Assembly (NCBI GenBank): GCA_965223545.1
Contig: OZ245006.1
Coordinates: forward strand, 2,528,001 to 2,592,000
DNA length: 64,000 nt
Reading direction: 5' to 3'
Origin: Planctomycetota bacterium
GTDB taxonomy: Bacteria > Planctomycetota > UBA1135 > UBA2386
Shown here: piece after piece, positions 40,203-50,316 of the stretch
Numbering within the stretch: the stretch's first letter is position 1
How the letters are laid out: every line of letters starts with the position of its first letter
The notes under the pieces: generated by a model
Told to the model about the DNA's origin: nothing
Seen by the model: the letters and a program-made list of their open reading frames with translations, nothing else
The model's database searches: none
Made by a program: the position numbers and the translations under genes

Positions 40203-42767
40203 TCAGGGCTTCGGCTCGACTTCCACGAGGTAGAGGCTCGAGGGCTTGGTATAGAACTGGTACGTGCGGACCGAGGGATTGTTGGCACCACCGAGCTTGT
40301 AGGTGGTCTCTCCCCAGGTGCTCTTGACCTGCTGCTGCGCCGGCTGCAGGTGGGTCAGTCGGACGAGATACTCCGGTGCCGTGGGGAGCCCCATAGCGGC
40401 GAGATCGATCGTGACATCGACCAAATGGTCGACGGCAAAGGCGTTTGCCGCCGTCTCGTTGGGGGCGTCGTACGCAGACGCCGTCCGAAACAGGGGATTG
40501 CTACCGGCGCGGCTGAACGAGCGGAGCCCGACACTCAATTCAGCGAGTTGACTGACGGAAACCGAGAAGTCCAGCTCGCCGAGATCCTGGGTCGTGCCCC
40601 AATCCAACAGCACGATCGCGCCATGGGGCTTCGAGTTCTTGACGTAGCGGAATGCCGAGCCGTGCACGATCGGATCTGTCAGGTCAATCCTACGCCGGAC
40701 CTGGGTGTGGCGGTGATGCACCTCGCAACTCGGGGCGTTGATGGCCGGCATCGGCAGTAGGGTTCCGCCGAACGCCGGTGCGAGGTGACCATAGCCCCGC
40801 AAGTAGCTTTGGATCACGTCCTTCACCGGATTGGGCCCCGAGGCGAGGATCGGGTCGTGGCCCGAATCGAAGAAGAAGATCACGGGCAGGCCGCCGTCGG
40901 TCAACGACCGCAGCGTGTGCAGATCGAACAGCCAGTGCTCACCCCAATCCACGCGCGTGCCGAAGGTGAAGAGGACCTCGGGGTAGCGGATCACGTTCCC
41001 GTAGGTCATGCGAAACATCGGCGGACTCATCGGATCCTTGAACGACTCGCCGTCGGCCGAGTCGAACAGATCGAGTAGCGCCTCGGTGGGAACCTCCTCG
41101 TCGAGGACCACGTGCGGGTGAGCGCTGCGCACGGCAGCCAGACGCGAGCGCAGGCCATGGAGCTGGTCCGCGCGCACCGTCGGGTGATTGGTGCCGTGCG
41201 AGTGGTTCACGTCCGCGCAACGCAGCGACGGCGTGATGCCGTCCAAGTGTAATCCATTGAGGCCGACGCTCGGCGCCAAGGCGCCGTCGCGCACGTACTG
41301 CGTATAGATGTTGGCGATCCCGACGGCATCGAAGCACCCGGCAGCGTAGAACGGTGGTCTGTTCAGCAACGGGCTGCGTTGGCCGAGAGTATCCAGGAGC
41401 AAGTCCGCGGAGTTGAACAGCGGCCAGCTCGCGTTGGGGAACGACGGGATCGCGTAGCCCATCGCCAGGCCTCCCAAGCTCTTGGCCCAGCTGGTGAGCG
41501 CCGCGTATCCGGGCTTGATCGTGGCATAGTCGCTCGGGCCGTAGACCAATGGCGATGGCAGGGGCACCGGTCCCTCCCACTCCATCAGCCCATCGCTTTG
41601 GAAGTACAGCCCGGGTGACTGCCCGTTGACGTAGTAGTCGCCAAAGGGGCCGGGCTGCAACTTCTGCTTGATCAGGTCTTGGTATGCCCCAGACAAGTCT
41701 GCCTCGACCACGGTACCGCCAAACCGGGTCCATGGGCCGCGCGGCGCAAAAGCCAATGGCACCTGCCCGTAGAACTGCGGAATCGGGCTGGCGTTGCGCG
41801 CCAGCAGCGCCGGAGAGCTGGCCACCAGGTCGCGGTAGCGACCGATCATCCCGTACTCGTCTTGCCCGGGCGCGTCTTCGATCAACACGCTTCCGGACTG
41901 ATAGCTGTCGGCCAAGGTCCAAGGGGGGCTCAGCGACGGGTAGCGATCGGTGCGCATCCTCTCGGCCATCCAGAACTCGAGATCCCCGGCCGCGGTGCGC
42001 TCGACACTCATTTCGGCGGGCGCGAAGGCGCTCGCGACCGTGGTCCCGATGCCGTGGTCATCCCACACGAACAGCAGACCGTTCTCGGTGCCGGAAGCCG
42101 TGTTGTAGATGCCCCAGAACGACAAGTACCAGTCGCCCAGGTGCGCGTTCCGGTAGCGGAAGTCGTCCGATCGGCCGAACGGGTCCCGGACGATCTTGTC
42201 CCAGTAGGGCCACGTGCCGTACGAATCGGTCCGCGTCGGCCCGAGGCGAAATGCCGGAGTCACCGCAAAGTCGTCACTGCTGTTGGGACCGCTGGTGATC
42301 GTCACGTGCGGGACCTGAATCCGCTCGAGCTGCCAGTTCGAGATCACAGAACGGGACGTGAAGTCGACGAACACCTTGAGGCGCACTGGGAGAGGAGCGC
42401 TCTGCGGTAGCGGGCTGGTCGACTCGGGCCAGCTGGCCACGTACACGTCGAAGACCTTTTGGTCGGGCGTAGATGGCGTGAAATGCCACCAGCTACCGTT
42501 GGCCGGGACAGCCGACGTCGGCACCGGTACCTGCGATACCGGAATGGACGTGCCGGTCAAGGCCGCCGGCGCAAAGGCAGACACGGTTGCCAGCTCCCCC
42601 TCGGCCACGTCCTCGTTGCGGAACACGAGGCTCCACCAGGTCTCGGGCGGCGAGGTCGCGGACTGCTGCGCTTGGGCGTGGCGCAGCGAAAACGGCTGTG
42701 ACTGCGCGACAAGCGCGCCGACTGCGCAGAACAGCGTGCAGACGGATAGGGTTCGATGGAGGTTCAT
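40203..42767 (-). CDS. Secreted glycoside-hydrolase-like TIM-barrel protein (DUF6259-like)
   Basis: Signal ending LVAQ; GLHLDG...CADVNHSHG...EEVPTE...PMFRMTYG pattern. Confidence 0.65.
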   Translation of the reverse strand: MNLHRTLSVCTLFCAVGALVAQSQPFSLRHAQAQQSATSPPETWWSLVFRNEDVAEGELATVSAFAPAALTGTSIPVSQVPVPTSAVPANGSWWHFTPSTPDQKVFDVYVASWPESTSPLPQSAPLPVRLKVFVDFTSRSVISNWQLERIQVPHVTITSGPNSSDDFAVTPAFRLGPTRTDSYGTWPYWDKIVRDPFGRSDDFRYRNAHLGDWYLSFWGIYNTASGTENGLLFVWDDHGIGTTVASAFAPAEMSVERTAAGDLEFWMAERMRTDRYPSLSPPWTLADSYQSGSVLIEDAPGQDEYGMIGRYRDLVASSPALLARNASPIPQFYGQVPLAFAPRGPWTRFGGTVVEADLSGAYQDLIKQKLQPGPFGDYYVNGQSPGLYFQSDGLMEWEGPVPLPSPLVYGPSDYATIKPGYAALTSWAKSLGGLAMGYAIPSFPNASWPLFNSADLLLDTLGQRSPLLNRPPFYAAGCFDAVGIANIYTQYVRDGALAPSVGLNGLHLDGITPSLRCADVNHSHGTNHPTVRADQLHGLRSRLAAVRSAHPHVVLDEEVPTEALLDLFDSADGESFKDPMSPPMFRMTYGNVIRYPEVLFTFGTRVDWGEHWLFDLHTLRSLTDGGLPVIFFFDSGHDPILASGPNPVKDVIQSYLRGYGHLAPAFGGTLLPMPAINAPSCEVHHRHTQVRRRIDLTDPIVHGSAFRYVKNSKPHGAIVLLDWGTTQDLGELDFSVSVSQLAELSVGLRSFSRAGSNPLFRTASAYDAPNETAANAFAVDHLVDVTIDLAAMGLPTAPEYLVRLTHLQPAQQQVKSTWGETTYKLGGANNPSVRTYQFYTKPSSLYLVEVEPKP

Positions 42768-42870
42768 GGCACCAACGCTGAAAGGTCGTGGAGTTCGGGC
42801 GTGCCCCTCCATGCGCTGGTGCGGCCCCGAAACGGAGCAGGAATCCGCCCGCGGCGCCGGTCCGACGACC

Positions 42871-44085
42871 TCACTGCGTGAGGTTGACGACCAAGTCCGA
42901 TCGCGTCGGGACGCCGAACGCCGGCACCACCTGATCGCCCGCCGGAACCACCGTGACGTGGTCCGCAAAATCGAACATCACGCCGAAATCGGGCGCGGGT
43001 GGGCCGATGATCAGACCGAACAAGCCGAACGGTGTGGGGTCGGCAGTCTCCCGGGCGTACGTGGTCACGCCGTGACTGATCAGGTCGCTGCCAGCATTGT
43101 GCTTCAGGTTGCACTGCCAGGTTTCGTAGTCATGCAGCAGGACCTGGGAGTACACCGCCAGCCCTTGCGGGAACTCGCCGAACACACCGCCATGGAGGCC
43201 GAGCCAGAAGGTGCCCATGCCCGCTCCTTGGGCAAGACATCCGTTCTGCGGCTTCGTCGTCAGCGAGGTCGACGCGGGTCCGCATCGAGAATTGACGACC
43301 AACGACTGATCGGTCCGGTTACCGCACACATAGGCAGCAACGTCGGTAACGGTGGCGACCACTGCGTCGTGCTCGCCGTAGCACTGCTGTAGAACGAGAT
43401 CCGACTCCCGGATTGATTCATCCCAATACGGGCCGCTCGGGTACAGCGCGGCGTTGCCATGCGTCGCGGGTGTGGGAGCCATCAACGTGTAGTAGGTCCC
43501 AGGGTGGCTGGTATCCGGGCGCGCCGCGCCGTGATGGATGCAGCTGATGTGGTGCGTCAGGTCCAACCTAAAGCGCCACTCGACCTGTCCGCTGGGCAGC
43601 GGGCCGCAGTAGTAGTCGATGCTGCCGACGACGTGAACGACATCGTAGGTGGGCTCGCACGGTGGGACCGGACAGGTTCCGGACTGGCTATCGAACGTGA
43701 GGTCACCGTTGAGCAAGAATCGCCAGACCTGACCGGACTCGTACGTAAACGTGCGTGCGTACTTGGCGTACATGACGCCAGCGATCGAGTCCGCGCCGTT
43801 GATAGCGCTGACCGAGATCAAGAACTCGTCGCAGGAAGTCGCTGTCGGCGTCCCGACCGTGACATCGAGCGGGCACTGCGCGAGTTGCGTGCAGGAGCTG
43901 GGGTTGAACTGGCTGGCGAAGCTCGCGTGGCTCGCGAGAGCCGGGAAGGCCGGCAGGATCGGCGCGGGGTGCGTGCAGCACCCCACGTCGAGACCGTCAT
44001 CCGCAAGAGGTGGGCAGCTCTGCGCGGGAAGCGCGCCGGCGACCGTGAGCAGGAGAGGGAGGGGGAGAGCGAACCGGTGAATCAT
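42871..44085 (-). CDS. Cysteine-rich secreted hypothetical protein
   Basis: Signal ending LPAQ; GAGGA RBS; many Cys. Confidence 0.8.
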   Translation of the reverse strand: MIHRFALPLPLLLTVAGALPAQSCPPLADDGLDVGCCTHPAPILPAFPALASHASFASQFNPSSCTQLAQCPLDVTVGTPTATSCDEFLISVSAINGADSIAGVMYAKYARTFTYESGQVWRFLLNGDLTFDSQSGTCPVPPCEPTYDVVHVVGSIDYYCGPLPSGQVEWRFRLDLTHHISCIHHGAARPDTSHPGTYYTLMAPTPATHGNAALYPSGPYWDESIRESDLVLQQCYGEHDAVVATVTDVAAYVCGNRTDQSLVVNSRCGPASTSLTTKPQNGCLAQGAGMGTFWLGLHGGVFGEFPQGLAVYSQVLLHDYETWQCNLKHNAGSDLISHGVTTYARETADPTPFGLFGLIIGPPAPDFGVMFDFADHVTVVPAGDQVVPAFGVPTRSDLVVNLTQ

Positions 44086-44222
44086 GAAGGGTCCTCGGGG
44101 GTTGTGACGCCCGCCGCCGCTCGGCGACGCTGGCTACGCCGTCCAAGCGCGGAAGAACCTTCGTGACGGAACTCAAATCGCTCGCCGCATCGACGGCGAC
44201 GCCGCAATGCGCTCTGGGCTCG

Positions 44223-45626
44223 TCAGTGGCTGATCCCGACGACAGGGGTACTCTGCCCCGTGTTCGTGACGACCCAGACCGACATGTCGGCTCCCAGCGG
44301 TGCACCAGCGGGCCAGGAGAACTCATCGGTTTCCGCGGTTCCCGAGAGCGTCGCGGTGTGCATCAGTACGGGTTGGGTGGTCGGGTACTTCATGTAGTAG
44401 AACAGCGACGTCACGCCGAGAGGGACTTCGCTCACGCACACGGCCATGCGCGGCGGAGACACCGGGTCCACCGGCGTATGAACCAAGCCCGCGATCATTG
44501 TCGATGGGACCGCGACCGGAGCCTGCCGGCCAATGAACTTCGCGAAGTCGGGGACGCGCGGATCGATCGCGGCGATCGCGTCGATATGGACTTTCGGCAG
44601 GGGCTGAGTCCCTAGACCCAGCCGATCACGGATCGGCCGCACGATCGGAGGGATGGCCTCTTGCGGGATCTCGACTTGGAACTGAATCCTTGACGTGATC
44701 GATGACGGGGCGGACGCGCTCGCAAGCTCGCCGAACCACAGCGAAGTCGATCCGTGCTCGGCATATAGAACGTACTTCTGCCCGATATCAACCGCGAGCG
44801 CAGTGATTACCCCTCGATTGGGGTCGGCGGGGAGAAACACGCGAACCTGGTACGAGTTCGTTACTGCGTCCCATTCCGCCTCGAACACGGTACTGCCGTC
44901 CTCAACTCCCAAATTGTGCAGAGCTGCAAACGATGCCGCATCCGCATTGCTGTAGGTGAAGAAGAATCGCTTGAGATTCACAGCGGCATTCGGAAATACG
45001 TTCCATTCCGTGAGGGCCATCGCCGTGTAGGGGTCGAACGCGGTGATCTCCGCCCTCTTCCCGTTTGGATCGGCCAGATACATCGAAGTCGAGTCGACGA
45101 CCTTGATGACGCCATCGAGGAAAGGTTCAACGTCGTCGGCTTCGCTGTCCGGCCAGACGTACTGAAAGAGGTCTCCGCCAACACCGCCGCAGTTCTTCTC
45201 CGCGGCAAGAACGGACTCCGGCAAGATGCTTGCGCCTTCGGAAACCGAGAAGAGAAGCGCTGCCCATCCCGGAGTCGTTCCGGCGGTGGTTCCGACACCT
45301 TCGGACGTGCTCGCGATGTAGTCCATACCGGAGGAGAAGGACGTGACCGGGAACACGCCCCACGGAACAGAGCCCGGAGCCAACGGCGGGCGCCCTTGCT
45401 GGTTCCACAGTTGCCGCGGAGTCTCTTGCGACGACCGGAGGCCCGCGACCCTCAGGCGCCCTTCGGCGGCCGGCCAACCGTTCGCGGTCGCGGTATCGTC
45501 GTCGACGAACACGATGCCGGGGGCACCAATGAGGTGGCCCCCAGTCGGGGTCGGATCGCACTGGGCGACGGCCGCGGCCGCAAGGCAAAAGGGAGCAACG
45601 AACGGAGCGAGCTTCGGATGTAGCAT
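44223..45626 (-). CDS. Secreted hypothetical protein downstream of a Ser/Thr kinase
   Basis: Signal ending AAVAQ; starts 11 bp after the kinase stop. Confidence 0.8.
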   Translation of the reverse strand: MLHPKLAPFVAPFCLAAAAVAQCDPTPTGGHLIGAPGIVFVDDDTATANGWPAAEGRLRVAGLRSSQETPRQLWNQQGRPPLAPGSVPWGVFPVTSFSSGMDYIASTSEGVGTTAGTTPGWAALLFSVSEGASILPESVLAAEKNCGGVGGDLFQYVWPDSEADDVEPFLDGVIKVVDSTSMYLADPNGKRAEITAFDPYTAMALTEWNVFPNAAVNLKRFFFTYSNADAASFAALHNLGVEDGSTVFEAEWDAVTNSYQVRVFLPADPNRGVITALAVDIGQKYVLYAEHGSTSLWFGELASASAPSSITSRIQFQVEIPQEAIPPIVRPIRDRLGLGTQPLPKVHIDAIAAIDPRVPDFAKFIGRQAPVAVPSTMIAGLVHTPVDPVSPPRMAVCVSEVPLGVTSLFYYMKYPTTQPVLMHTATLSGTAETDEFSWPAGAPLGADMSVWVVTNTGQSTPVVGISH

Positions 45627-45637
45627 CGGACGTGGAC

Positions 45638-48172
45638 CTACTTCTTGGGTGGCGGGGCAATCACGGGATCGGGCTCGTCCGCATCGGGATCCGACATCCG
45701 GATCCTGACTTGGTACTCGAGCCCCCGGAGAAACAGTCTCAGCGCCCGCACCGTGGTCGGCTTCGGTCGCTGTGGGAACATCAGATACAACCCGTCGAGG
45801 TAGCCTGGGGTGAACGGGTCGCGGGCGAGCTGCGTGAGCAGGGCCTCGACGAGCGCGTCGGGGTCACCGGAAACCACCCCCTGGCACACTGCGATGTTGG
45901 TGCGCAACAGATCGACGACGTGTGGCCCGCCGTCACAATGTTCGATCGCGGCCTCGCCGGACTCGATGCCGCGCCGGGCGTGCTCGACGGCTGCCGCGTC
46001 GTCTGCTTCGGTGCGGCTCCGCGTCAGGTGGCTCGCCCACGCTGCCTCATTGGTCAACAGCGCCGCGTGACCCCGCCACGAGCCGGACCCGGCCAAGCCC
46101 TTGGCAATCGCGTCGGCCTCTTCGAATCGCCCCTGCAGCGTGCGGAGATTGGCGTACGCCTGCAGGGTCTTCGGTGACTCCGGCCGAATGCGGCGAGCCG
46201 CCTCCAGATGGCGTTCGGCGAGCAGCAACCGTCCGGCCTGCAGCGCGATCTGGGCCAGGTTGTTGGAGATCTGCCAACTCTCGGGCGAGATCTCGTAGGC
46301 CTCGCGGAGCAGACCGACCGCCCCGCGCGCATTGCCGAGCTTGAGCTGGGTCGTGCCCGCGACGAACCGACCGATCGAGGTCGTCCTGCCGACGCGATTC
46401 TCGTAGTCGCGGGCATCGTCGTACAGCTCTTGCCACACCGCACCGGTCCCGTCTTCGTCGCGCGAGTACTGCAGCCTCACCAACAGCCGGAGTGCCGCTG
46501 CGAACCGGTCACCGGGGTCGAGCAGGCGCAGCGCTCCGCCGTAGTCGAACTGCCGCATCGCGTGGTAGCCCGCGACGTAGCGATCGGCGGCGGTCCGCGG
46601 CTTCGGCAGCGCGGAGAGGTCAAGAGCCTCCTCCGTCGCGGCGACCGCGGCATAGCGCGCCGCGAGCTCGGTCGTATAGGGGCTGCTCTGGGCCGCTGCC
46701 AGGGCGCGGATGTCGGCGGCCGCATCGTCTCGGTGACCGTGATCCCACGCGAACGCGGCACGCATCACGCGCGAGGCAGCATGGTCGGGCCGCGCTGCCA
46801 CCGCGCGATCGAGGCGGGCGGCGATCGCACGCCGTGCGCCGTCGCCGGCGACCCGGCGGACCCGCCCGAACCCCTGTGCCGGCGGCAGGGACGACAACGC
46901 CGACAGATGATCCTCGTCCAGCTGCTGCTCGCGCTGCCGCAGGTAGCCGGGGATCTGCCAAGCGGACACTGCAACCAACACGAGCAGCACAGAGACCTGC
47001 GCGGTGCGCGATTGGGACAGCCAGTCCCAACATCGGCGGACGGGACCGCGCCGTCGCACGGACACCGGAGCGTGCGCCAAGAACGCCTCGAGGTCGCGTC
47101 GCAAGGCCTCGGTGGACGGGTAGCGGTACGCCGGCGTCGCCCGCATCCCGTGCTCCAGGATCGCCACCAGATCGACCGGCAGACCGCGATGTAGACGGTC
47201 TGGGGCCGGCGGGCGCAGGCGCCGACGGCCCGACGATGTGGTCGGGTCGTCGTGGTTGCGCGGGGGACGACCGGTCAGAGCGTGGTAGAAGGTCGCGGTG
47301 AGCGAGTACACATCCACCCGCGCGAGATCCCGCGCGCGGCCGGTCTCTTGCTCCGGCGACATGTACTTCGGCGTCCCCACCACCGAGGTCCCGGTCGCGA
47401 CCGTTGCGTCGCCCTGGCGCGCCGCGATGCCGAAGTCGATGAGGGTCGCCCGGCCGCTCTGCTCGATGAACACGTTGGACGGCTTGACGTCGCGGTGAAA
47501 GACCCCGGCCGCATGGACCGCGCTCAGCCCGGCAGCGAGATCTGCAACCCAGCGGGCGGCCTGCCGAATGGTGCTGGTTTCGGTGCAGGAAATCTCGGGA
47601 AACGCCTCGCGCAACCAGCCGATCTCTCGCGCCCGATCCCACCCGCTCCGCTCCAGCTCGCGCTCGAGCTCGGTCAGGATCTCCGACAGCGGCGCACCCC
47701 GCAGCAACTCCATCACCAAGAAGCGGTGGTGCCCATCGCTCGCGCCGCGGTCGTACACCCGCACGACGTTGGGGTGCTCCAGGGCTGCGAGCGATTCGGC
47801 TTCGCGGTCGAACCTCTCCTCCGCCGCCCGCCCGCCGAACAGGTAGGGCTGCAGCAACTTGATCGCGACTTCGCGCTTGAGCGAGCTGTCCATGGCGCGG
47901 TAGACCGCGCCCATTGCCCCGGCCCCGATCTGCTCGATCAGCACGTAGCGGTCCGCCAACACGGTGCCGCGGAAGCCACCGGGCGGCGGTTCGCCTTCTC
48001 CCCAAGCGCGGAGCTGCAATCGATGCTCCAGGGCCTTCGCGACGATGCCGGCGACCTCGGGGGCATCGGCACACAGCGCCTCCAGATCCACGTCTTCACC
48101 CCGGTCGATGGCGTCGAGGGCCTGCTCGAGACGCTCCACAACGCGCCGTTCCAGTTCCCCCTTGCCACTCAT
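45638..48172 (-). CDS. Hanks-type Ser/Thr protein kinase with TM helix and TPR-like C-terminus
   Basis: GAGAMGAVY, VAIK, HRDVKPSN, DFG, GTPKYMSPEQ, DVYSL; ATGA overlap with the sigma gene. Confidence 0.95.
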   Translation of the reverse strand: MSGKGELERRVVERLEQALDAIDRGEDVDLEALCADAPEVAGIVAKALEHRLQLRAWGEGEPPPGGFRGTVLADRYVLIEQIGAGAMGAVYRAMDSSLKREVAIKLLQPYLFGGRAAEERFDREAESLAALEHPNVVRVYDRGASDGHHRFLVMELLRGAPLSEILTELERELERSGWDRAREIGWLREAFPEISCTETSTIRQAARWVADLAAGLSAVHAAGVFHRDVKPSNVFIEQSGRATLIDFGIAARQGDATVATGTSVVGTPKYMSPEQETGRARDLARVDVYSLTATFYHALTGRPPRNHDDPTTSSGRRRLRPPAPDRLHRGLPVDLVAILEHGMRATPAYRYPSTEALRRDLEAFLAHAPVSVRRRGPVRRCWDWLSQSRTAQVSVLLVLVAVSAWQIPGYLRQREQQLDEDHLSALSSLPPAQGFGRVRRVAGDGARRAIAARLDRAVAARPDHAASRVMRAAFAWDHGHRDDAAADIRALAAAQSSPYTTELAARYAAVAATEEALDLSALPKPRTAADRYVAGYHAMRQFDYGGALRLLDPGDRFAAALRLLVRLQYSRDEDGTGAVWQELYDDARDYENRVGRTTSIGRFVAGTTQLKLGNARGAVGLLREAYEISPESWQISNNLAQIALQAGRLLLAERHLEAARRIRPESPKTLQAYANLRTLQGRFEEADAIAKGLAGSGSWRGHAALLTNEAAWASHLTRSRTEADDAAAVEHARRGIESGEAAIEHCDGGPHVVDLLRTNIAVCQGVVSGDPDALVEALLTQLARDPFTPGYLDGLYLMFPQRPKPTTVRALRLFLRGLEYQVRIRMSDPDADEPDPVIAPPPKK

Positions 48173-48855
48173 GACGTGATCCCCCGCTGCTGCAACACGA
48201 ACAGCAAGCGCGCCTCCGCCGTGCGCACCGCCTTCCGGGCGGCGTCCGCCTCCATGCCGAGCGCCGCCCCGATCTGCGGATAGGTCGACCTCAATCGAAA
48301 CCGGAGCTCGAGCAGCGCGCGGTCCCGGGAGCCGAGGCCCGCGAGCGCTTCTTGCACGACAGCCGTCTCCTCGCGAGACACTACACGCTCTACCGTACCA
48401 TTCGGATCCCCAGTGCCGATCTGCGCCACGTCCACGTCGCGCCCCGTCCGCCGACCATCGCGACGCTTGCTTTCGTGGAAGCGAATCGTGTCGATCAGCC
48501 GGTGCGTCACCGTCGCGGACACGAACCGCACGAAGTCGTCTTCGCTGTCCCCCTCGAACGAGTCGAGGTCGCGCAGCACGCCGTAGAACACTTCCTGGAC
48601 GACGTCCCCGGTACTCAACAGCGAAGCGAGCCAAGGCCGCGTGCGCCGCAGGTCGTAGCTCAGCCGGCGATGAACCGCATCCTGGACGCTCGGGTAGAAG
48701 CGGTCGACGAGATGGGATCGCGCGTAGTCATCGCCCTGCTGCGCAAGGACGACAAGATCGTGGATCGAGCGATGGTCGGAGGGCCCAGGGCCCGGTGGAC
48801 TCAGGTATGTCACGACGAGACTTGGAGCGTTGGGAACACGGGGAGTTCGTTCCAA
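48169..48855 (-). CDS. ECF sigma factor coupled to a Ser/Thr kinase
   Basis: AQQGD...LSTGDVVQEVF; TYPQIGAALGMEADAARKAVRTAEARL; true start may be GTG 48813. Confidence 0.9.
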   Translation of the reverse strand: MERTPRVPNAPSLVVTYLSPPGPGPSDHRSIHDLVVLAQQGDDYARSHLVDRFYPSVQDAVHRRLSYDLRRTRPWLASLLSTGDVVQEVFYGVLRDLDSFEGDSEDDFVRFVSATVTHRLIDTIRFHESKRRDGRRTGRDVDVAQIGTGDPNGTVERVVSREETAVVQEALAGLGSRDRALLELRFRLRSTYPQIGAALGMEADAARKAVRTAEARLLFVLQQRGITS

Positions 48856-49201
48856 CGCTACCAGCGCGTCTCAGCGTCGTGCGGTTGTGGATCCGGAACA
48901 ATAATCCGGGGAGGGGGGAGCGATTCTCGCTTGTCGCCGAGGGAACCAGCGCCGCGGAAGTTGTGCGCCGCACCCTGGGACAGGCAGCAGCCCAGAACTC
49001 CCGCGGGCAGAGCCATCGTCCACGATGACCCCAATCGCCACAACTCGCACACCTTCACGCACCGCGAACGTGCTGAACAAGCCGCCGAAGCACTAGCAGC
49101 CGGGCGGTTCACGGCGGGCGCGAGCTCAAGTGCGCCTTCGGTCCCGGGGGGTAGGAGAAGAGAGCGGTTCAGGGATCTACCAAACCAACCACGAGGACCA
49201 G

Positions 49202-49800
49202 ATGGGCAACGGGAGGCTCACGATGCATCGTCTACAAGATCTTGTCCGGCTCCACCTCCAAGGGCTGCCAGCCCGCGCAATCGCTCGGCTGCTACGGATG
49301 GGGCGCAACACGGTGTCGCGCTACTGCGAGGCGCTGAGGTCGGCCGAGCTATTCGATGGCCAGCCGGGTGACCTTCCGGACGTTGGGGCGCTGCGAGCAG
49401 CCGTGAGGCTCCACGCGCCGTCGCTGCCGGCGCCGCGGCAGCTGACGTCGATCGAGCCTGTACGTGTCAGCGCACGACACGCTCACCAAGCTCCGCGCCT
49501 CACGCGCCGACCAGAGCTACGACCGCTGCCTGGCGCGCTTCGCGACCCCGCACCTGCTGATCGTCGTTGACCTCGGCCTCCGTCCGCTCGAGAACGACGA
49601 GCCCATCGACCTCTACGAGGTGGTCCGTCAGCCCTACGAGCGCGACTGCGATGATCATCACCTCGAACCGGGCTCTGGAGGAGTGGCCGCCACTCTTCGT
49701 CGACGAGCTCCTCGCCAGCGCAGCGATGGACCGCGTCATGCACCACGCCCACGTCGCCGTCATCGAGAGGCGGTCGTTTCGACAGCCCAAGAGCGCCTCA
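49202..49800 (+). mobile_element. IS21-family remnant (istA 5' end fused to a frameshifted istB 3' part)
   Basis: HRLQDLVRLHLQGLPARAIARLLRMGRNTVSRY HTH; LLIVVDLG (decayed Walker B); IITSNRALEEW...ASAAMDRVMHHA...SFR. Confidence 0.88.
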
Positions 49801-50316
49801 GGAGGCTCCACGCAGGCGGTCCTTGACAAGACAACGATTCCTGAGATGGGCAACTCACTGGACTTTCACCAATCGGACGATTATACCAACTATCTATTTT
49901 CAGTGCGCCCGGTGTGCCTGAGATATTGCTCAGAAACCACCGTTATCGACCGAGCCCCTTGACGACGAAGGCAGAGGCGCCGAGGCACAAGGATGGAAGA
50001 CTCTGTGGCGACGCGCAAGAGACGGCACTCACCTCGGCTCCTTGCACTCGCCGGCCGCGTCTTCGATACGAATGCAGAGTCGGATGCAAAAGTGCACCGC
50101 CCTCATCCTGGGAAAGGGGAGAGCGAGAGCACGGACTCGCAGCCAACCCTGTGGCGTAACGCATGATTTGACAACAACTGAATCACCAATAGCTGTTTCG
50201 TTCCTACCTTGCGGACTACGGCGGCAGCCTGAGAGTGTCGCGATCGGCAGGAAGGCGACCGCCTCGGGAACCATTTGCGCGGCTATTGCACACATCCCTG
50301 CACGGGAAGCGATACA

